Shown here: piece by piece, positions 53,974 to 64,000 of the stretch | How positions within the stretch are numbered: the first letter of the stretch is position 1 | How the letters are laid out: each line of letters starts with the position of its first letter | NCBI GenBank assembly: GCA_030704615.1 | Contig: CM060732.1 | Location: 81,282,001 to 81,346,000, forward strand | Direction: 5' to 3' | Source: Takakia lepidozioides | Taxonomy: Eukaryota; Plantae; Bryophyta | DNA length: 64,000 bases | Translations under genes and position numbers: made by a program | Notes under the pieces: model-generated | Seen by the model: only the letters and a program-made list of their open reading frames with translations | What the model was told of the DNA's origin: nothing | Database searches by the model: none

Positions 53974-54321
53974 GGAGTTGCGGTTGCCCAGCGAGGCAAG
54001 ATGCCGACACTAGCAGCATTCACAGCGGCAGTGAGTTGGCCTGGAGAGTTGCTTAAGGGCAACGCTCATTCAGAGGATGTGCCACCTCCAGGAGAGCAGG
54101 ATGACATGTATGGTATGGCGGAGTTGCCTACCATGGTTGCTCAGACTCCATTGTGGGGCACGAGCAAGGATTTGCAGCGGGATGCTGATCGACGGGTGTA
54201 ACAAGCCTGGGTGGAGGCTTTTGTACCGTCAGGAGAGGAAGAGAGTGCGGGGATTACACCAGGACCACCTCAGTTGTCTCCATTGGACACCACACCTATT
54301 GTGTGGCAGTATCCGGATGAA

Positions 54322-54382
54322 GGCATTTGTCTTCTGGACTTGTTTGGCGGGATCAGCAACGGATTGGCTGTTGTGTTACAGG
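54322..54382 (+). pseudogene. C5 DNA methyltransferase motif I (element B, part 1)
   Basis: ICLLDLFGGISNGL, a SAM-binding FxG motif, in the same frame as the protease C-terminal half. Confidence 0.8.
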
Positions 54383-55078
54383 CCCGGGGGGTGCATTCTT
54401 TATAAAATGTCCGTATCATGTGCGTTCGCCGCCTAATAAAAAAACCCCCTGTATACGGGTCCTTGGATCATTTTCCCCCCCTCTGTACATACATTTTGAA
54501 GATTATAAAACCCCCTCATGTAAATATATAGAAATTTGTAATTTTAAAAAAGTACCGTCTTCTGTATGTATATTTTCCTTTCCAATAATTAAAAAATACC
54601 CTCAAATATGTATATGTATGTTTTTATATTATATCAAGTTTATTCATTTAAAAATAGAATAAAAATCTAATTAATTAATTTAAAAAAAATTGTTTGCCCT
54701 CGATAAAACTTGTTTTGGAATCTCACTTTGAACAAAAATCAGATGCAGAGAGGAAGAGACATTGTCAATGCCCGATGTGCAAGAGGCCTGAAGAAAGTTT
54801 CCATTTTCTGATATACAGTCCTGGGTATTTTCATCAGAGAGTGAACCTCTTGAAGACCATCAAGACCTAGTCACTGCACCTCTGTTCATCAACTAGGACA
54901 GTTTTTGAACTTGTTCTACAGTTTCAACCTTCGCAAGGTCCAATTATGTTCAAAACCTACTGTTGAGAATTCCTCTCCAAAAAGAGATTTCGTACGCCTT
55001 TGCTGCCACTGTTGGAGTCCAACCTAACTCGCAGTTGACAGAGTTCAATACATTCAATTAGGTGACAAGCATTTCATT

Positions 55079-55335
55079 TCACCAATACTCCCCACAAGAA
55101 CAAACACCATTTTGGAAGTGGTGAAAGCGGTTTGCATCCCGTACAACAATCTCTTGCTTAGTTATCTTTGAGATGAATTTGGTGGCTGTGTGGCAATCAC
55201 CACACATCTGAAGATTCCTGATGATCCCCAAAGACATCCTAGAGGGTGTGTTGATAAGCCCAAAAACAATGGCAAACTTCTCATTGTGGTGGCAAAGAGA
55301 CGATTCTTTAAGCTCTTCCTCAACATCATGCAATG
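55079..55335 (-). pseudogene. DYW cytidine-deaminase domain fragment of a PPR editing factor
   Basis: LHDVEEELKESSLCHHNEKFAIVFGLINTP...NLQMCGDCHTATKFISK...VRDANRFHHFQNGVCSCGEYW. Confidence 0.93.
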
Positions 55336-58300
55336 CCAAGCGGGCTTCACCCCTTTGCACATCATTTGCTCATAGGTCTCCAAAGCCTCCATCCCGCGCC
55401 CTTGCTGTGCATATCCTGCAATCATCGCACTCCACGACAGCACATCTCGTTCAGCCATACCGTCGAACACTCCCTTCATACATGTCCACGAGGGTATTGT
55501 TCATAATGACATTTGATACAATTGCAAATCTGACAATGTCGCCATGGACCTCTTTGCCCTTTTCCAGAGCTGACAGGCTTGCACACACATTGCAAATGTA
55601 CACAAACGTGATGTGGTCGGGCTTCACCCCTTCCCCCATCATTTGATCATAGGTCTCCAAAGTCTCCATACGACGTCCCTGCTGTGCATACCTACAAGCA
55701 CCGCACTCCACGACACGACACCTCGTTCAGCCATGGAAACTTCCTTCGCATCCTTAATGCACCCACATTTGGCATACATGTCCACCAGGGGAGTGTTCAG
55801 AATGACATCTGGTACAATTCCAGCTTTGACAATGTCACCATGGACCTCTTTCCCCTTTTCCAGAGCTCGCAGGCTTGGACACTCATTGCATCCTGCCAAC
55901 ATTATATTCCACGTGATCAAAGATCGTTGAGGCATTATGTTGAACACTTGGTGAGCATCGATGATGCTCCCGCACATAACATACATGTTGACAAGGGTGT
56001 TGAGTAGAAAAACATTGTGGACTCCCTCTCTTGATCCTCTTTCAGAAGCTGTGGTCATGGTTGAGGTGCCTGATTTTATCAACTGTGCCGCTGCAGCTGC
56101 AGCCTTTAGTTGACCATCTACCCATGCAGGTTTTTTGTAGCTACTGACCCCCAAATGGAATCAAGGTAATCTGGAGCTTGAAGTCCAGCCCTCTTGGATG
56201 AATCTGGACCCACACTCTATCCATGCTCATTCGGAAAAAACAGGGAAAAACAGGCTGAAATGTGTTGAAGAAGGTACCTTCATTAGCAGCGCCTTGTTCT
56301 ATCAAATGCACTGCTGCCGTTGCTGTTTCCAGTTGACCATCTACCCACGCAGCTTTCTTGTAGCTATTGATCCGCAGGGAATCAGAAGTAATCTTGTGTT
56401 TAAAATCAACCTCTTGGATGAATGTGTTCCTCGACACCAGCTCGTTCAGCCATAGTGTTGAACACTCCCTCCGCATCCTCAATGCTCCCACAAATGGCAT
56501 ACATGTCCACAAGGGTATTGTTCATAATCACATCCAGTACAATTCCAACTTTGGTGATGCAACCATGCACCTCTTTGCCCTTTTCCATGGCTGCAGGCTT
56601 GCACACGCACTACAAACGCACACAAACATGATGTGGTCGAGCTTCACCCCTTCCCCCATCATCTGCTTTCAGGTCTCCAAAGCCCCATCTCGCGCTCCTG
56701 CTCTGCACACCCTGCAAGCATCGTGTTCCACGACACCACATCTCATTCACCATAGTGTTGAATACTCCCTTGGCATCCTCAATGCTCCCACATTTGGTGT
56801 ACATGGCCACTAGAGCAATGTTCAGGATGACATCTGGTACAATTGCAGATTTGATGATGTCACCAGGGATCTCTTTGTCCTTTTCCAGGGCTGCCAGACG
56901 CACTGCAAACGCACACAAACGTTATGTGGGCAGTTTCACCCCTTCCCCCATCATTTGCTCATAGGTCTCCAAAGCCTCCATCCCGTACCCCTGCTGTGCA
57001 TACCGTGCAAACATCACAATCCACGACACCACATCTCGTTCAGCCATAGTGTTCACTCAAGATTCACTCAACCAGCTAATTTTCAAAATTCAATATGGAT
57101 ATTTAGGGCCGATTCTGATGAGAGGGAAAAACGGGGTGAAATGTGTTGAAGAAGGTGCCTTCATTAGCAACGCTTGATTTTATCAATTGTACCGCTGCTG
57201 CTGCAGCTTCCACTTGACCATCTATCCATGCAGGTTTCTTGTAGGTAATCATAGGTAATCTGAAAACGGCTCCTGGCAAATCACCTTCATCTTCCCAGAC
57301 AATCTTCTCAGCTCAGCATGGATTTCCTTAATTCTGGGATGCAACTTGTCATCTACAACGAAGGTGAGCACCCTGTTGCAAACCTCAATGCAGCAGCGAC
57401 CTGGCTTTTTTTCAACCCCTCTGACCTTCATCATTCTTCTCACATTTCCAGTATCAACCCACCTGCCAGCTACTGCATAGATGTTTGATAGCAACATAAG
57501 TCGTGACATCCAGTTCATTCCACTTGAGGATAGATGTTGCCGCACGTTCAGGTCCACTGCCTCATCCAGTTGTCCCCCACGTCCAAGAAGGTCCACCATG
57601 CAGCCAAAGTGCTATACTGTCAGAGTAACACCATGATCTTGAATCAGGGAATCAAAGTAGTGTCTTCCTTCATTCAGAACGCCAGTGTGGCTGCATGTAG
57701 AGAGAACACAAACTGCTTCAAGCTGTTCTTTTGCATTCCTTCAAATAGTTGCAGGACCTCCCTATGACAACCATGTTGTGCATATCCTGCGATCATTGCA
57801 TTCCACGACACCACATCTCATTCAGCCATATTGTCGAACACTCCCTTTGCATCCTCCATGCACCCACATTTGGCATACATGTCCACCAGGGCAGTGTTCA
57901 GGATCACATTTGGTACAATTCCAGCTCTGACGATGTCGGCATGCACCTCTTCGCCCTTTTTAGGGCTGCCAGGCTTGCACACGCACTGCAAACACACACA
58001 AACGTGATGTGGTCGGGCTTCACCCCGTCACACATCATTTGCTCATAGGTCTCCAAAGCCTCCATCCCACGTCCTTGTTGTGCATACCCTGCAAGCACCG
58101 CACTCCACGACACCACACCTCGTTCAGCCAGAGTGTCGAACACTCCCTTTGACTTTGTAAATGAAGATAGGTCCCTTTGATGGGGCATGGATTGAAGTGG
58201 TTTCGCAGTCCTACTTGTTGTTTCTTCCTCGCCATGTCCATCTTCTGCTTTGGGCGGGGTCTAGGGCTGGCAAGGTTTTAGCAACCAGTGTCATGACTCT

Positions 58301-58925
58301 CTCTCTCTTTCTCTTTGTTCTGCTCAATCTGGGTGCAGGGTCTATGGCCACAAGGCTATCATGAGTACTTTCTCCCTCACACACACCTCTCCCTGTTCCG
58401 CCCAAACTGGGCACGGACTGGGTAAATAGCCACAATGCAATGACAAACGTCGTATGAGTACATTTCGCTCTCTCTACTCTTGGCAATAGACTGAAATTGA
58501 AATGCAATCGGGGAGTGTACCTTTGAACAAACAAGCAGATGCAGAGAGGAAAGGTAGCCTATCAATGCCCGACGTGCGGTAAGCCTGAAGACTTAACATT
58601 TTCTGATACATTTCCGGTGTACACTCCCATCTGAGAGCGACCCTCTTCACTTACATCAAGAACAGAGTCCTTGCACGGTTGTTCGCCAAGATGCACCCAC
58701 ATTTTGCAAACATGTCCACCAGGGTATTGTTCCGAATGACAGCTGGTACAATTCCAGCTCTGAAGATGTCGCCATGGACCTCTTTCCCCTTTTCCAGAGC
58801 TGCCAGGGCAGTGTTTAGAATGACATTTGGTACAATTCCAGCTTTGACAATATCCCCATGCATCTCTTTGCCCTTCTCTAGGGCTGCCAGGCTTGCACGA
58901 CGCCACATCTTGTTCAGCCATCTTC
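55336..58925 (-). pseudogene. Mosaic of PLS-class PPR fragments, including an E/E+ domain with PG box (~57290-57700)
   Basis: Repeated ALEKGKEVHGDI, LVDMYAKCG.IEDA, VVSWSAM..GYAQQGRG.EAL and KPDHITFV motifs; MVDLLGRGGQLDEA...LSNIYA...KKPG. Many deletions and frameshifts. Confidence 0.9.
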
Positions 58926-59274
58926 GCGGAAGGGAAGGCGAACGCGCGAGAGGAGATAAGAGGAGGAGAGGGAAAAGAGAAAGCCGCGGGAGGGAAGGGG
59001 AGAAAGATCGCGGGAAGACAATAAAAAAAAAAACAAACAAACAAAAGGACGAACCCGCGATTTGATCCCGCGGTGCATCGCAGCCTAATCATCGTTCTTA
59101 CCACTACACTACCCCTGAAAACTCAACAACCCCCTCCTGTAATATTATATTTAAGGTGTTTTAAACCCCCCTCTGTATGTATAATGTTGTATATGGGGGG
59201 GTTTAAAATACCCCCTCCTGTACACGCACATGGCTGGTACATTTAATGAGGAGTGTACCTCCCAGGGTTACAGG

Positions 59275-59387
59275 CAGGTGTATGAGTTCGGCGTTACCTG
59301 TATGTGGAGAGGGATGAGACTGCACGACACATCTCATTTCGTCATATTGCTCAGTTGATGCAGCAGTACCCTGAGTTGTTGCCGGTG
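59275..59387 (+). pseudogene. C5 DNA methyltransferase, part 2 (motif II/III region)
   Basis: After removing the TSD the frame continues VLQAGV*VRRYLYVERDETARHISFRHIAQLMQQYPELLPV. Confidence 0.8.
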
Positions 59388-59599
59388 TTTGTTTGAATAG
59401 TTCTAATTTTACTCGGGTCACAATTCAGAGCTCTTTGTGGTTTGAACATTTTACCTTTTTGGGGTGGGGTATACTTGGCAAAATAAGTACAATGTTCAAG
59501 GTCATTTTACCTACATCTGAATTGTTCTAAGGTTTTTTTTGTGAACGTTTGTCTACTAGTTTTGTGTGGACTAAGCAAGGATTATTTCCTACACAGTCT

Positions 59600-59930
59600 A
59601 CTAGTTCTAAAGGGTCCCTGTTGTAGGTCCAACCTGACCTCCCGATGCCAAGATACACAAGAAGGCAGATGCATGCCATCCCGGCACCATCTCCTCGTCC
59701 GTCTCACCATGCCACCATGCTCCAGTGTCATCCTGCTGGCTCGTGCGTGGATTGCGACTCAATCCATCCGCATCCCTATTGACCAAATCCGGTCGATGCA
59801 CAACCTGAACATGTCTCTCATGCTCCTCCACCGTAGCACGAGAGGCAAAGCAATTCCTGTAAGCCTCAGGAACCGCCGTATACGTCGTCTCTCTCCTCTA
59901 GTAACAATGGGTCCAATGTCAGGCTCCCAA
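59600..59930 (-). pseudogene. Internally deleted RT/RNase H remnant of element B
   Basis: IRRFL/RAYRNCFA (RT start) is fused to ATVEEHERHV and VVHRPDLVNRDADGLSR (end of Gypsy RNase H). Confidence 0.7.
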
Positions 59931-60145
59931 TTGCCCTTCGTAACTGCAACCTTAAGTCCAGCAGACTTAGAGGTAGAGGACGCGTCCCGTGGTTGCTATG
60001 CCGCAACCTCTTGAGCAGTACTCCCTGCCTGCTCAGTCAATGACAAGGCCTCATCCTGCCCCATCATCTCATCCTTGAGGACCTCCTCAACCCGAGAAGA
60101 ATCCCCAACCTCATCCATCACAGCTGCCTTGGCTGCCAACTCCCT

Positions 60146-61068
60146 TTAAACCTCGAGCACCTCCCACGTGTGCCATGGATGTCTACACCCTGTGGTCCTC
60201 ACTGGCTCGCCCCCACTCACTGCTTGTACCGTCTCGGTAGGCAGAGAGACCATTGAGGGAAGTGTACTCCGCACTCTGCGTTGCTCAGCCATAGCCAAGG
60301 TGATAATCCAGGTCAAGCAATTGAGATCCATTGCTTGCTTCAACACCTGACGACGTGATGCCTCAGAAAGAGACGACACCGCCGTGGTACTAGTGGTAAA
60401 ACCCATTGCCCGCTCACGCTCGTCAGCATTAGGCTCCACTAACTGCTGCAACTGAGCATCCCACAGGAGGCCAGGTCCACTATCCCGGAAAGCATGCGAT
60501 CCTGGAAAGCTAAGCAGTGTAGGTAATGCTGCTCGTGGTTGACCCACCTTATTGACCACTGCCAAAGGCGAACGGTCATCGGTCTCACACGTTGAGACTG
60601 CCTCCCTATGTCCAAAATGCTATCCACTGTGAGGTGTGCTGGCCGCTGCACCCCATCAAATGCACGCTTGAGCAGTGCGGGTGGCATCAAGTTAGTCTAC
60701 CATAACCGTGGACGATGAGCCCGTGACCCCACTGCAGCGGCATCTAGCAACACTGACCGAAGCCACGACCGGACTTGATGCACACTGGCCATCACCCTGG
60801 CCCGAGAATCACCCATCAGTGGCACATTCTCCAAGATGTATGCTGGAGATACAACCTGATGAAGCTGTAAGTGGCGCAAAACCCGCACCATCTCCCAAAA
60901 CAGACATGACCTCGAGTCTCGCAATCCATTGCCATGCCCGGCTGATGAATATCCTTGGCAGGGCCAACCTGCCACTACCAAATCGATGAAGCCAACCCGC
61001 TCCAAATCCTGCGCCCCCAGCAAAAAGATGTCTGTTGGCAAGGCCTGCTGATATCCACGAACCGTAAT
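60146..61068 (-). pseudogene. C5 DNA methyltransferase catalytic domain, part 3 (inverted)
   Basis: IDLVVAGWPCQGYS (motif IV), YILENV (VI), RAHRPRLW*TNL (VIII), ERERAMGF (IX), RRQVLKQAMDL (X). Confidence 0.92.
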
Positions 61069-61331
61069 CAAAAGCTATAAGTGCTCGAAAAATATTTGAG
61101 GTAATTTGTAGGAGAAAATTTGTGCTAGGTAAATTTCACACTGCCTAAGGCAAAGTATTCAGTCAACAAACAACATAGCTCAATAAATGAGTATAATTAC
61201 AGCAAATCAGATTTCCACAAAATGCCAATGAGATCTCTCATAGGATCAATATAATAATGTCTCAAATACATTGTCTGAATGCTTGTTAGTTGCAGGGAAA
61301 AAATATCATAGATCAGCCTTACTTTGACTAA

Positions 61332-61345
61332 GAGCATCTCCAACG
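61332..61345. mobile_element. Putative PIF/Harbinger (Tourist-like) terminal inverted repeat, one end only
   Basis: TAA at 61329-61331 is followed by GAGCATCTCCAAC. The partner end was not found in the window. Confidence 0.5.
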
Positions 61346-64000
61346 CGTCCACTCCAACGGGCACGCCAACGCTGGTCTGGGGCGGATATTTTTAGTAACG
61401 CCAAACACTGCCTCCAGCCATCACCTCCAGCTCCCCACCGCGCATGACCTCGCTGAACGCCAACCCCAAGCTACCCGCCTTTTTTGGGTCCCACCAATCC
61501 TACGTGTATTTCCTAGCTCCATCTCTCATCTCTCATCTACCCCTCAGCTCACACATTCATCTCTCTATCTCGCAGCTACAGCCTGATGGAGGCTTGGAGG
61601 GCGCGGTTGCTTGTTGTCAGGGAAGAAGTTTTGGAGGAGAATGATGACGGCGACGAAATAAACGTATTGCGAACTCTCTAGGTTTTGCAGGGATTTTTTT
61701 ATGACGGTTATCGGAAGCGCCCAAGGCATGGTGGCTCGCGGCGGGGTAGGGCTCCCAATATTGATAGATCCAGTAGGGTAATTAGGTGCTGGGGGTTGTT
61801 GAAAAGATGAAGCAGAAGGATATGGTTGCGGATTATACCCATGCAACCAACATTTCCCGCAAGTGACAAAGGAGCTGTAGGGTTGGTTGGTCTAACTCTA
61901 CCCCCTGGGTGCCTAGGTGGAAGTTGTGGAGTGGGATTTACAACAGGGCTAGACACAGGAAACTGAAACATGGATTCTTTGGGTTCCTTTTCCCTTTAGA
62001 CACTTTACACGGTCGTGCAACAATACAGAATCAATAGGATGGACTACAATGTACATAATATATGTCCGGAATAACCCTAATGGATACAATCACTAACTAT
62101 GCATATGCTAGCCCAGAACGACACAACAATTAGCTGAAGTAGCCAAAGAACTATTCATCAGAATATATGTATATGAAAGTGACAGAGAACATAGAATTCT
62201 GGAGGATCAAATGCTAACCCAGAACTCCATGAAGTCTTCAGTAGTGAAAGAACCAAACTTGATAGTCTCCTGCCTATCTCCAGCTCGAAATTCGACGAAC
62301 ATTCTCTTGTTTTCAAGGTTTAGGGTTACATATGTGGCGGATGCAAGAGAGGCTCGTTTTGCGTGCACTCCAACATTGTCATCTCCACTACTTTCTTGCG
62401 ATGCTTCATCACCTTTGTCACCCTCATCTCCTGAAGTGAAGTCTTTGTCTGGTTCGTTGTCATCGCTCCTCTCGGATATAGAGGAGTCCACATACTTCTC
62501 CGCAGTAGCCATGGACCGCAAACGTCCACTCCTCCTTACACTTGGAGGATGACTCGGCTGCAGCATGGCCCGTGCAGGGTTAGCAACCTCAGTCGCCTTC
62601 CTATGACCTATACAAGACAATACAAGACAATACATTAGTACTCACTCCTTATAACTCACATTTTACTGAGTACCCACTATACAGTGTAAAGCCTCTCCAC
62701 GATCTGAAACAAATAGCAGCTAAGGATGAAATCGTCACTGACGCACTAACAAAACTCACGCGTTCGACCGTGCTCACAAGATCAACTAGCGTGCTCAAAG
62801 CGGGCACGCTATATGAACTCACCAAACTCCACACTGTATGCTGGAAATACTCACGCGCTCGACACTTAGTTCCACTCGAGGAAGATGAGGAAGATGAATG
62901 CACGGTGTACTTGCCCGCGTCCGATATATCTCGTAAGCTAGCAATGATGTGACTAGCGCGACGTGGCTCCATTTATCATCAATACTACCTCCAGCTTCCT
63001 CCCCTTTGCTGTAGCATTGCGTAGAGACTCACAATCTAATTTCAAGGTGTACGAACTGCACCAGAAGAAACGTGCTTGCAAGAAGAAATTAGTGGAGATC
63101 ACTATGACAGAGGACAGCCCTCCCAAAGTACGCACCATTATCTTAACATGATCATATCAGCGAGGCACAAAACAATCAAACCCCTTCTACACTACATTTG
63201 TGAATAGTGAGACTTACCAAGGGGGTGGTTATCAGTAGATGTCGATGTTTTGTAAACTCGAAGGATACAAGTTAAATATGACATAAATGACATATGTGTC
63301 ATCATGAATGTCCCATTGTCATGCCCTATTGCCTTGCATTTTCATTTCTCTCTCTTCCATATATATGTAATATATATATATATATATATATAATATATAT
63401 TCTTTCATTTGTCTTTAGTTTTTTTTTTTTTTGTAAGTGTTGTGGTAGGTCGTGTGTTGGAGGGAGTGCTGCAGCAGACTCTGATTGAGCTGTGACCCAC
63501 CCCGCCTCCAATCGCTGCTCCACCTACACGTCAATTCTTTGTAAGTCTTATACTTGTAGGTCCATGGACCACAATACATGTGCGGGACGATGACCAACGG
63601 TTGTCAAGTGTTGAGCACTCGTGTGGGATGAGAGTCAAGGATCTTTGGAGAGGTTGGTGAAAGATTATATCTGCTTCTAGACTATTTACATTTATTCTTC
63701 AAAATATTCATTGCAGATGAACAATCAATAGTCGGATTTATTGTTTAAGTGATACTATTAATACGTATGATCACATTGTTGCGGTACACATTTAATATTT
63801 CATTTGTTGTCATTGTTTTGTAGTTTCTAATAAAATATAAGTTGCATTGAACAATCATCATCAGTAATGTTGTAGAGGACAATAGCTAAAAAACGAAATG
63901 GTTCTTAATTTTGTCAGTTATGACAAAAGTTTTTTCTCTCAATTCAGCGAAAAGCTATTACGTGATACGAAACTTCAAAAATTTGAAATGTAACTCTTTT

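Larger units (their letters stand above)
54383..59266. mobile_element. Non-autonomous TIR DNA transposon (Pack-type) carrying PPR/E/DYW fragments
   Basis: Flanked by the direct repeat GTTACAGG(C) at 54375 and 59267. Imperfect ~43-bp TIRs CCCGGGGGGTGCATTC...CATGTGCGT and CCTGGGAGGTACACTC...CATGTGCGT. CCCCCTC(C)TGTA subterminal repeats at both ends. No transposase. Confidence 0.85.
39408..61068 (+). mobile_element. Ty3/Gypsy-like retroelement B carrying a C5 DNA methyltransferase; pieces 39408-40312, 53253-54382, 59275-59387 and inverted 59388-61068
   Basis: Zinc knuckles (CGGPHVKKDC; CGHCGKYGHGEA*C) and protease LLDSGAQ...YDVLVG are followed in frame by DNMT motifs. RT/RNase H remnants (RAYRNCFA, EEHERHV, HRP.LVNRDADGLSR) come next. 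LTRs were not identified. Confidence 0.8.

Noticed and set aside
55079-55335. U-to-C (KP-type) DYW variant
   Set aside because: It ends in EYW, has a CGDCH motif and the associated E+ piece has a PG box, all consistent with the ordinary C-to-U type.
60146-61068. DNMT as a host DRM/CMT/MET1 gene or bacterial restriction-modification contaminant
   Set aside because: It is intronless, not permuted, lacks BAH/chromo/UBA domains, is fused to retroelement protease and RT remnants, and is interleaved with plant TEs.
61565-63151. Short minus-strand ORFs (Pro-rich, acidic) after the Harbinger-like end
   Set aside because: They may be exons of a TE or host gene, but no DDE, Myb or other recognisable domain was seen.

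Overview
Eukaryotic land-plant genomic DNA, probably from a non-seed plant judging by the style of the PLS-DYW PPR motifs; this is an inference. The window is dominated by nested transposons. Host genes are an nsLTP-like gene, a tandem pair of NDR1/HIN1-like (LEA_2) genes and a disrupted NPF/PTR transporter pseudogene. Mobile DNA includes two convergent copies of a non-chromoviral Ty3/Gypsy element (A) with a very long 3' extra ORF; the second copy is full-length with near-identical LTRs and a GTGTG TSD. There is also a 5'-truncated Copia, an APE-RT LINE, a degenerate Crypton/DUF3504-like tyrosine recombinase beside a 103-bp hairpin, Helitron/MITE-like repeats and a Harbinger-like end. The main result is a second Gypsy-like element (B) whose polyprotein has a C5 cytosine DNA methyltransferase between protease and RT. 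The B frame can be rebuilt by removing element A, removing a 4.9-kb TIR/TSD-bounded Pack-type transposon full of PPR/E/DYW RNA-editing gene fragments, and flipping a clean 1.7-kb inversion. A 500-N assembly gap lies at 45484-45983.
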